From Eutreptiella sp. 'Long Island Sound 2002' (Eukaryota > Protista > Euglenida), in assembly GCA_964036045.1 (NCBI GenBank), contig OZ038378.1, positions 17,546,001 to 17,610,000 on the forward strand: DNA of 64,000 bases. Reading direction: 5' to 3'. The notes under the pieces are model-generated. The model searched no databases and had not been told where the DNA came from. It saw only the letters and a program-made list of their open reading frames with translations. The stretch's first letter is position 1; every line of letters begins with the position of its first letter. The position numbers and the translations under genes were made by a program. Shown here one piece after another: positions 58,101 through 64,000 of this stretch.

Positions 58101-59425
58101 AGACGGGGCTTCGCTTGCAAACAGTTGGACACCCCACGTTCAAGGGCCCCCGGAGGTGCATCGGACTGGACGTCCTGCCGGCCGTCATCCAACAGGTCTG
58201 ACTGCAGTGCCTGTTCATGGGGCCTTGGTCGGCGTGCCCACGACTGTTGCTCCACACCAGCTCCCCCTCGCCACCGCACGGGACCTTGGGAGGCGGGTGC
58301 GACTGCCAGGGACGTGGACATGGAGTTGTCCATGGACCACTGCATGCCCACAGACCAGTGCCATGGGCATGTGCCACGGAGGGCGGACTGCTCCGTTCAT
58401 CCCCCAATGTACAGGACCCCCGTGCTTTTCATGCCCTGCGAACATCGTGTGTCTGTCATCCGTCGCCGGTTTGGTTTGCGCTGGGGGGGGGGGGATTGCG
58501 GTCCGCAATTTACCGCAATTTACCGCAATTTACCGCAATTTTACCGCAATTTTTCAGTGATGCCTCTATTCAAAAATTTCATTTTTCCCCTGAAGAAAAT
58601 TCTTTCCCTACCTTCGCTGTTACTGGGCACACTGTACGTGTTTGTGTTCTCATCTGTCCTGCATTTCATTTGTGTGGCAGGACGCTTTCCGTTTTTGTGT
58701 TCCCAAAATGTCATCCACTCCTGGAGACAGTCCTTCTGGCAATGGTAAAAGGCCAGTGAAACGTGGCAAAGGACAGGGCACGCTATGCCACACAGATTTC
58801 GCGTTTGCATGGTGTGGGGACTGTCTCTGTGGAGCGGTTCTTTTCGTTTTGCAAAGATACTGACACAGACCAGAGGTATTCAATGAGCGACAATGCCCAT
58901 CGTGTGGCTTTCATGGCCCATTGTAATGGTGACAGGGAAGGATGGTTGGATTAGCTGCTTGTGCTGAAAGCTTTGGTGCACCGTGCATGCTATGTGCCGA
59001 AAGGCTCACTATCCTACCAATTGGGTGCATAATTGGTCAAAAAAACCTTTTTGCAAAAAGTCCTGTGCTCCACCGCTGCTCATGGCTGGCATGGAGTCTG
59101 GGGACCGAAAGGAAATGTACCGCAATTTTTACCGCAATTTTACCGCAATTTACCGCAATTTTACCGCAATTTGTTTAGGCTTGGGGGACCGCAATCCCCC
59201 CCAGGTTTGCGTGGACAATCGGTCAACCACCAAATGCTCCCCGTCGTCCGCCGATCGCCGTTCATATCAAGCGATTGGAAGGGTCCTCCCCCTGCGAGGC
59301 CCCCGCCTCCGCACCACCTCGTGTACGCACAGGGGCCTGGCAGTCTGACAGCGAGGCGGGCTCAGACACTGATGCAGACCTCATGAGGTCCTGCTTCATG
59401 AGCTCTCAGCCAAAGATACAGAGAG
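4640..59425 (+). CDS. Giant multi-exon gene (partial): predicted single-pass membrane protein with Ser-Pro stalk ectodomain and a very long repetitive tail built from tandem phase-1 exons
   Basis: Consecutive exons have compatible phases (1-1, 0-0, 0-0, 1-1, then all 1-1) and GT-AG boundaries. TM segment WLLLLALLVALLLLLCCGLCLCLAL is followed by KTWKRHLDRQK. Start codon and last exon were not found. Confidence 0.75.
4912..5340 (+). repeat. Coding low-complexity (Ser-Pro)n repeat
   Basis: CCCTCC/CTCTCC hexamer runs translating as PSPSPSLSPSLSP... Confidence 0.9.
6243..6352 (+). CDS. Ectodomain exon GQLCYTMCTVTCYKDELGANYSRIAPLFPSEIGQGGL
   Basis: CCACAG| acceptor (phase 1) and CTG|GTACAC donor (phase 0); links the 5591 and 8560 exons in frame. 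Confidence 0.6.
8560..8829 (+). CDS. Ectodomain exon EMLHWIVRNG...DCKIKEEE (90 aa)
   Basis: CTCAG| acceptor and GAG|GTCTGC donor, phase 0-0; globular-protein-like composition. Confidence 0.7.
9177..9375 (+). CDS. Exon encoding the start of the transmembrane helix (TYNGQL...DPFPWLLLLALLVALLLLLCC)
   Basis: CCACAG| acceptor (phase 0) and TGTG|GTATGC donor (phase 1); strongly hydrophobic run. Confidence 0.75.
10966..11142 (+). CDS. Juxtamembrane exon GLCLCLALKTWKRHLDRQK...DDDDVFGEAGSATV
   Basis: CCTCAG| acceptor and GTGG|GTGTGT donor, 177 nt, phase 1-1; completes the TM helix and supplies positive-inside residues. Confidence 0.75.
13774..13849 (-). promoter_or_regulatory. Antisense copy of intronic element X abutting the acceptor of the first exon A (candidate RNA-pairing splicing element)
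   Basis: 58/76 positions match the reverse complement of X (e.g. 23409-23484) by manual alignment. Confidence 0.45.
13863..13961 (+). CDS. Repeat exon A, 99-nt variant (DATGPAGPRPTDDVDMMSAFGKPPAADLMDSAR)
   Basis: Pyrimidine tract + GACAG| acceptor; CGAG|GTATGA donor; phase 1-1. Confidence 0.75.
14292..14657. repeat. Small foldback-like element with the palindrome TCAGGACGATCGTCCTGA twice and inverted CGGCTCAAAA/TTTTGAGCCG
   Basis: Seen directly; no TSD identified. Confidence 0.45.
17429..17504 (-). promoter_or_regulatory. Second antisense copy of element X, ~70 nt upstream of exon A 17578
   Basis: Shares AGCCAA..CCAAAAA.AG.AACAAA..GAT.GTGATATCT..TCTCTTGACGG with the reverse complement of X. 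Confidence 0.4.
17578..17673 (+). CDS. Repeat exon A, 96-nt variant
   Basis: CTGCAG| and |GTATGA; in-frame 12-nt deletion relative to the 108-nt copies. Confidence 0.75.
18716..18823 (+). CDS. Repeat exon A (108 nt)
   Basis: GCAG|...|GTATGA, phase 1-1. Confidence 0.75.
20278..20385 (+). CDS. Repeat exon A (108 nt)
   Basis: GCAG|...|GTATGA, phase 1-1. Confidence 0.75.
20722..20904 (+). other. Candidate exon D ending in an in-frame TGA immediately before the donor (terminal, poison or pseudo-exon)
   Basis: GTCGCAG| acceptor, 183 nt, phase 1-1; contains WMSRL and LMD motifs like its neighbours; ends CTC TGA G|GTCTGG. Confidence 0.45.
20973..21134 (+). CDS. Repeat exon C (DGPHDDDAGDDHDEDWMSRM...DGVDMMSAFGRPPAADLMDSAR)
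   Basis: TTCAG| and CGAG|GTGCGC, 162 nt, phase 1-1. Confidence 0.75.
23207..23314 (+). CDS. Repeat exon A
   Basis: 108 nt, phase 1-1, GT-AG. Confidence 0.75.
24760..24867 (+). CDS. Repeat exon A
   Basis: 108 nt, phase 1-1, GT-AG. Confidence 0.75.
26291..26398 (+). CDS. Repeat exon A
   Basis: 108 nt, phase 1-1, GT-AG. Confidence 0.75.
27854..27961 (+). CDS. Repeat exon A
   Basis: 108 nt, phase 1-1, GT-AG. Confidence 0.75.
29405..29512 (+). CDS. Repeat exon A
   Basis: 108 nt, phase 1-1, GT-AG. Confidence 0.75.
30951..31058 (+). CDS. Repeat exon A
   Basis: 108 nt, phase 1-1, GT-AG. Confidence 0.75.
32498..32605 (+). CDS. Repeat exon A
   Basis: 108 nt, phase 1-1, GT-AG. Confidence 0.75.
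32944..33126 (+). other. Second copy of candidate stop-containing exon D
   Basis: Near-identical to 20722-20904, including TGA G|GTCTGG. Confidence 0.45.
33195..33356 (+). CDS. Repeat exon C, second copy
   Basis: Same 54-codon phase 1-1 exon as 20973-21134. Confidence 0.75.
33925..34044 (+). CDS. Repeat exon B1 (VPKQGADGPSGPGAGMPHDDAMMMSAFGRNPLADLMDSVV)
   Basis: GTGCAG| and GTAG|GTTTGA, 120 nt, phase 1-1. Confidence 0.75.
34429..34551 (+). CDS. Repeat exon B2 (GPRQGANGPGGLGAGRTPADDADMMSAFGKPPNADLMDSNR)
   Basis: GTACAG| and CGCG|GTATGA, 123 nt, phase 1-1. Confidence 0.75.
35079..35198 (+). CDS. Repeat exon B1
   Basis: 120 nt, phase 1-1. Confidence 0.7.
35583..35705 (+). CDS. Repeat exon B2
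   Basis: 123 nt, phase 1-1. Confidence 0.7.
36233..36352 (+). CDS. Repeat exon B1
   Basis: 120 nt, phase 1-1. Confidence 0.7.
36737..36859 (+). CDS. Repeat exon B2
   Basis: 123 nt, phase 1-1. Confidence 0.7.
37386..37505 (+). CDS. Repeat exon B1
   Basis: 120 nt, phase 1-1. Confidence 0.7.
37890..38012 (+). CDS. Repeat exon B2
   Basis: 123 nt, phase 1-1. Confidence 0.7.
38547..38666 (+). CDS. Repeat exon B1
   Basis: 120 nt, phase 1-1. Confidence 0.7.
39051..39173 (+). CDS. Repeat exon B2
   Basis: 123 nt, phase 1-1. Confidence 0.7.
39700..39819 (+). CDS. Repeat exon B1
   Basis: 120 nt, phase 1-1. Confidence 0.7.
40204..40326 (+). CDS. Repeat exon B2
   Basis: 123 nt, phase 1-1. Confidence 0.7.
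40856..40975 (+). CDS. Repeat exon B1
   Basis: 120 nt, phase 1-1. Confidence 0.7.
41360..41482 (+). CDS. Repeat exon B2
   Basis: 123 nt, phase 1-1. Confidence 0.7.
42010..42129 (+). CDS. Repeat exon B1
   Basis: 120 nt, phase 1-1. Confidence 0.7.
42514..42636 (+). CDS. Repeat exon B2
   Basis: 123 nt, phase 1-1. Confidence 0.7.
43164..43283 (+). CDS. Repeat exon B1
   Basis: 120 nt, phase 1-1; the following intron holds the Sola insertion. Confidence 0.7.
43527..46117 (-). mobile_element. Sola-type (Sola1-like) DNA transposon, 2591 bp
   Basis: Imperfect ~36-bp TIRs beginning CTCTCGGG(G)ACA. ATAT TSD at 43523-43526 and 46118-46121; sister repeat units show the empty site GCCATATGTGAGG. An AWWT TSD is typical of Sola1. 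Confidence 0.85.
43812..45870 (-). CDS. Sola-like DDD transposase (~660 aa), with one 81-nt intron and one frame disruption
   Basis: Motifs KDTCAEC, VLDYSKAMSLLKLP, WPEYVAGKGFNE, HTDGC and KGHSYNLCD. In-frame GT-AG intron at 44899-44979; frame change near 44448-44452. Confidence 0.75.
46264..46386 (+). CDS. Repeat exon B2
   Basis: 123 nt, phase 1-1. Confidence 0.7.
46914..47033 (+). CDS. Repeat exon B1
   Basis: 120 nt, phase 1-1. Confidence 0.7.
47418..47540 (+). CDS. Repeat exon B2
   Basis: 123 nt, phase 1-1. Confidence 0.7.
48067..48186 (+). CDS. Repeat exon B1
   Basis: 120 nt, phase 1-1. Confidence 0.7.
48571..48693 (+). CDS. Repeat exon B2
   Basis: 123 nt, phase 1-1. Confidence 0.7.
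49221..49340 (+). CDS. Repeat exon B1
   Basis: 120 nt, phase 1-1. Confidence 0.7.
49725..49847 (+). CDS. Repeat exon B2
   Basis: 123 nt, phase 1-1. Confidence 0.7.
50375..50494 (+). CDS. Repeat exon B1 (last copy)
   Basis: 120 nt, phase 1-1. Confidence 0.7.
51116..51208 (+). CDS. Exon E1 (GPRQVDSEAGSGTDAELMRSCFMGSLPKIRR)
   Basis: GTGCAG| and AGAG|GTCTGA, 93 nt, phase 1-1; paralog of 59333-59425. Confidence 0.65.
51593..51692 (+). repeat. (TCCC)n microsatellite
   Basis: Perfect tetranucleotide run. Confidence 0.95.
52330..52440 (+). CDS. Exon F (DSDDPSAVQEVQRHSYDSTVQELSMIDDPDLEATMMD)
   Basis: GTACAG| acceptor (an alternative in-frame acceptor gives start 52279); GATA|GTATGC donor, phase 1. 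Confidence 0.5.
53689..53814 (+). CDS. Exon H, Ser-rich (ETSLAASRCASPMGISRSTSPVPAPHSSSLDHGPSESRAVSG)
   Basis: CTTTAG| and GGAG|GTATGT, 126 nt, phase 1-1. Confidence 0.5.
54164..55052 (+). mobile_element. Internally deleted non-autonomous derivative of the same Sola family (889 bp)
   Basis: Same TIRs, ATAT TSD at 54160-54163 and 55053-55056. The N-terminal coding remnant (...FWDKKTHP) is fused to the C-terminal remnant (PVLVRDDKMKWLDFG...). Confidence 0.85.
56708..56824 (+). CDS. Exon G1 (GSDADLPPPPAPSPVLMTHVGGHAMPDATVMDFTRRGPA)
   Basis: CTTCAG| and GCAG|GTGCCA, 117 nt, phase 1-1. Confidence 0.65.
57476..57583 (+). CDS. Exon G2 (GSGSESPAQEPVLMTQVRGHTIPDATIMDFARHHPA)
   Basis: GTCCAG| and GCAG|GTGCCT, 108 nt, phase 1-1; paralog of G1. 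Confidence 0.65.
58481..59204 (+). mobile_element. Non-autonomous hAT-derived element
   Basis: TIR CTGGGGGGG(G)nATTGCGGTCC / GGACCGCAATCCCCCCCAG; 7-8 bp TSD (G)GTTTGCG; subterminal TTACCGCAATT tandem repeats at both ends. Internal remnant SVERFFSFCKDTDTDQRYSMS resembles the hAT C-terminal dimerisation motif. Confidence 0.7.
59333..59425 (+). CDS. Exon E2 (GAWQSDSEAGSDTDADLMRSCFMSSQPKIQR)
   Basis: GCACAG| and AGAG|GTCTGC, 93 nt, phase 1-1; paralog of E1 including its upstream intron flank. Confidence 0.65.
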
Positions 59426-62400
59426 GTCTGCGGGGCGCCGGGGTTGCATGGGATGGCGAGTGCGTGGACAGGGGGCTCTGATGTGCAGGAGGCGACAACG
59501 GGAAGGTTTGCAGATGTAACATGGCCAGACTGATCAACGGCAGACACCAAACATAAATTCACTGGAATGTAGCGAGGTAGCGTTCTGGCATGACGGCGAA
59601 TGTCTGTCTTGGGCCAAAGTGTGCAGGGGTTTTGGGGTGCTCGGATTTGGGGATTTGGGGGGTTGCTGCAAATCACGGAGGGGCACTAACTCCACGTCTG
59701 CGGTGCTGCTGAGCCTATGGGGCAGCTGGGAGTCAGGGACAGGGATTGGGGTGACCGTGCAGTGAGGGTGATGCTTTTCAGGTTTTCCTATGGGCGCAAA
59801 GAGCGCAGAAGGAAGAGCGTTTGCTGGAGTGTTGTAGCGCGGTTGGAGGGGGGGGGGGGCATGTCTTGGCAGTTGAATAACAATTGCAGGACCGTTGTGG
59901 GTGGACAGATGCGGTTGGGGCGGAACCAGTAGTCCTTCATCCAAAAAGGCCATCCAAAGAGGCGCCATAGCACCTCCAACGGTCTGCTAATTAGCCATTT
60001 ATTTGCCAGGGTTACTACAAGTCTCAAGAACGGCTTGGGGTTTCAAGGGAGGGGAAGGTGACCGACTCCTGTCAGGCCATGAGGTTGACTCAAACCATGG
60101 GTATCCCTGCGCAAGGGGTTCGGACATATTTGTGTGTGGCAAAGATGGTCTCGTGCCCCATGGGATGGTGGTGGTGGTGGAAGGAACAGCAAGGTGGCAA
60201 CAATCCAATTTGTGTGACCTTATGGCACGGAGTGTTGGAGTGCTCGAGACCCTTGGCAGCCCCACCTCCTCCACTCCCTGCATTACCCGTGTCCGTGTGT
60301 GTCTTCACGCAACCTGCCCTTTGTCCCACCGCCCCCACCCTACTCCGTCTGCCCGCCTCCCACCACCCAACACCGCCTCCCAGCACTCCTAGCACCCGCC
60401 ACTTCACCTCACTTTGCCCCCCCCCCCCCTGTCACCTGTGACCACCTACACACCCGTGACCAAATGCAATTCTAAGGATGGGACATCACCGTGCGGTAGA
60501 TGAGACGTCGTCAGAAAATTTTGGCACTGAGGCAGAGTTATCACACCACTTATGCATTAGTGAGTAGAAGTGTCGCCCGGGGGATGGGGGTCTAGGGTTC
60601 GTGCTCAGGCCCCGGTGCAACAGCTCCAAGCACACACCTGTGCACTTCCCGTCCTCATGGTAAGTTTTGTATTGGTAGCTCACTATGTGTCCCTTACCCC
60701 ATCCCCGCCCCTTTTTACTTGCCTCATCAACGAGATTCAGTGTGTTTGGTGGTGATATGCAAGTAGGTCTAACTCCCACCGCTATTAGCCCCTTGCGACA
60801 ATCAGGGCGGATGAACGATCATCCTAGCTTTCAAAATGTAGGTCAGATTCCTAGGCAGTGGCATCACGCCTCCCCCATGTTGGGGGCGCCACGAATCTTT
60901 TTACGATGCAACCAAAACCCTTTGCCTGGGGGCCTGATAAGAGGGGCACAAAGTTTTATGATGTAGAGACGATGCATTAACGCCCCTACACATTCCTCGA
61001 GAAGAGGACTACATCGGGTTGTTGGGGTGCCATGCCCCACGTGTTTCACTAATAGGACATTGGGCGCCTCATGGTTGCCTATCGACATGTTGTTTGTCTG
61101 TTTCCATGGATCCCCGCTGGCCCATTATCCGATGCATACGTTCAAAGCGGTGGCTTGAGGAATGCAGCAATGGAGCACACTTGTGTGCCCTTATTTGCCC
61201 ATGGCCACGCGGCTTGCAAACTTGCTAGTGGCTTCCCTCTTGCACAATTGCTTGCTCACAACTCTCCAAAACCGTTTTTGCAACCAGTTTCTTCGGGCTA
61301 GACGGGCCTTATTCGCTCTCTCCGCACCATGATGGTATTTTTCCTCTCAACATACAGCCGTCCTGCTGAACCACACCAACCTCCATGTGCGGGATATTAT
61401 GCAGCATGGCCTCCTACGATTATGCGAGTTCATGTGGACGTGGCCTTTCTTATTTGGGGCCTTTGCACACCTGCTCTGCTCCCAATGATGACCATTCCAA
61501 GAATTTGGTTTGGTGTCCCTATTTGGGCGTCCGGCTTCATGTGCCATAGCACCCTCTACAGTCTGAGCTCTTGCACTATCCTATGTGCTGTGCGGATCTT
61601 CCGTGGCAGGTTCACGACGTGCACTAGTGGATGGTTGTGCCATATAATTCCTTCCCAAAGGTGGTACGAGCAGGCCGGTCCGCTCGCTTCTGCCCCACAC
61701 GGTATCTTACATTTTTTCCATAGTTTCCTCTGCTCGATTGCCCAAGTCCCCAAGTTTCTCTCACGTACTCCTGCATGTTATTTTCATACAGAACACATCA
61801 TGGTTCCTTTGAGGGTGGATTTTAGGCAATGCCATGGCATTTTCGGATGCCTAGATTAGCCAGTACCATCTCCACCCCAAACACATCCTTTTTTTTTTCC
61901 TGTGATCCCTGCCAACAAGCCGAATTGTGTGTTGTGTGGGTTGTGCTCCGTTCTCAGGTGACTGCACACTGGGACATGTGGCATAGCTGGCCATTAAAGA
62001 CTCACAGCTGTACATCTCAGCATCTGAGTCCCACAATGAGGGCTCCTCCCTTTTTGTCCCATCCCTCTTGCGTGCCTGTCGTGATCTTGTCGAGCATGGT
62101 ACTCTTCGGCACCCGTGTTCACATGTGACGGGGATTTCTTTGGATCGGGTGTTTGATGCGGCGGATGACCTTGCCAAGGAGGTGGCATCCACTTGGCATT
62201 CCCAGGTTGGGTGGGTTCAGGGTCTCCAACCACGGACTGTGGTTCACACCCATGAGGGCCGCTGGAGCGAGGTGTTCTAGGCTTACTGCAGGTTTTGTAC
62301 TCTCCCACGATCCCTTCTCTATGCCTCTTTGAACAAGTGGTTGTATCGCACATAATAAAGTGACGTGTCCATTTTCACGCAGTGGCCATTAGAAAGGGGT

Positions 62401-64000
62401 CGTATCTAGATAAGCATGTTGCCACGTGCTACATGTGTGGGTCGTTAGTCACAGCGCACCACTGCACGATTGTCGACTGTTGAGCTTCTTTCAGATGTCA
62501 TACCATGCTCAAGTGGCGGTGGCCATTTGTGATTTTTGTCTGTGGTGGTCTATCTATGCTATGCATCCCACTGTGCATCCCACTTTACTATTGCCATGAC
62601 CTCTTTGGGATCACCATTGGGCCGTTGGCTATCAATGAGCCCTTGCCATATGTGCATGCGCGCATTGGATTCCCAAGTGAAATCACCGCCTGAAATGTAT
62701 TTTTCAGCTGAATTGTGGCATCGAATCGTGCTCTGCACCTTCTAGGTCTTATCCTACGAGCTGCCCTATTGGTGCCCTTCATGAGGAAAACACAGTGTCT
62801 GTGATGCCCTCGGCGCTTGACTATCAGGCGCTCATGGGCCATGGGGAGCATGTTTTTCTTTGTTGGATACATCCGGCACCAACCATGGTCCTCCCCGCCT
62901 CTTTGCACCGTGGTGCTCCTAGGCTCGTTCCGTAGCCCCACCGTGCCTTGGTGTGGTGCTTCGCTTTTTTTTCCGGTCTCTCAATTTGCATTTACCTCCG
63001 TTTCTCGTGGGCATGTGATAGCCTATGGATCCTCCAAATTTATTCTTTGTAATGGTTGTGATTCTCGGCTATCTTGGATCTACATGCGCCATCGTCTTGC
63101 GAGGCACATGAGAATGTTTGGTTGGCTTGTGTCAGTTGTGGCCACCTCCCTTTGCCCAGTCGGGCCAAGTCATTTGGTCATTGGAGTTTGGATACCTCAG
63201 CGGGTACCCTTTTTAGTGGATATCACCGAAGTCCCATCATCGACACGCCGCCTTATGACACGCTTTTCAGAGGACCTTCACCTTGGTGGGATGTGCGACA
63301 CATAATGCGGATGGTATGGTCGCGTTGCTGGAGGTAGAACTACATCGATGCTCCGCTTGGACCAAGACGCCATGAGCATGATATGCTGATGCCCGTGATT
63401 TCCTCGTTCGCATGCTTTGGTGCGCGCACGGCGCAGATACTCCCCCTTTGTTGGCAACTAGGCATTGGTTGACACATCCCAGACATTGGAGTAGTGTGGC
63501 ACGTATTAATTTTTTTGTCAATGAAAACAATTGTCGCAGTTATACTTGCCAATGTGTCCTTGTATGGTGTGCGTGGAGGCATGCAGCTCGCTGTGTCCAA
63601 TGGGGTAAGTACCACGGGTCAGTGGACTTGATGTTATAGATTTGCCTTGGTCTAGCACTCATCATACCACCAACAGTGGGTTACGGGATCCCCCACCTAG
63701 TATGCTAGCAAGACGTGCCTCATGGCGGCGGGTATGTGCACATTCCGAGGTGCTCTAATGGGAAAACGTAACTTATCTGTGGCGTGTACCTGAGTTTGGA
63801 TGTGCTAGTTTAGGTGCGATATCAGAAGCCACCCACGCACTCGTGACATGAGTCTTGCCAATAGCTATCATTCTAGCACGGGGTGTGCATGGAAAGTCCA
63901 TAGAGTTTCACTGTGCATGCCCCGGGCACATGCGGCATTGACTGGAGCACACCTACACCGCCACGTGCAGTCGTTGGATGCCTTATCCCCATGCTGTCCA

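Noticed and set aside
60000-64000. Terminal exon(s) or a second gene
   Set aside because: Only short ORFs without consistent splice phase or recognisable motifs; nothing supportable.

Overview
Eukaryotic, GC-rich, intron-rich genomic DNA; the donor-site pattern hints at a euglenid-like host (inference). Most of the window appears to be one very large + strand gene, reconstructed by hand from GT-AG sites and reading phases. Exons at 4640-5591, 6243-6352, 8560-8829, 9177-9375 and 10966-11142 join in frame. They encode an ectodomain with a Ser-Pro repeat stalk, a single transmembrane helix and a basic juxtamembrane stretch. Behind this lie about 45 short symmetric phase-1/phase-1 exons (93-183 nt). 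Thirty-eight of them encode the motif DD-x-(D/M)-MMSAFG-(K/R)-(P/N)-P-x-ADLMDS, and differences between exon families are largely synonymous. They sit in a ~1.55 kb tandem array (17.5-32.7 kb) and a ~1.154 kb two-exon array (33.5-50.7 kb), followed by older divergent exons (51-59 kb). A ~76-nt intronic element lies in antisense just upstream of the first two A exons and in sense downstream of seven array A exons, resembling a docking/selector RNA pairing. Two candidate exons end in a stop codon directly before their donor. Introns carry a near-complete Sola-type DNA transposon (ATAT TSD, with empty sites in sister repeats), a deleted derivative of it, a hAT derivative and LINE remnants. The N-terminus and terminal exon of the gene were not identified. 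No rRNA, tRNA or CRISPR was recognised. All gene structure is inferred without transcript data.
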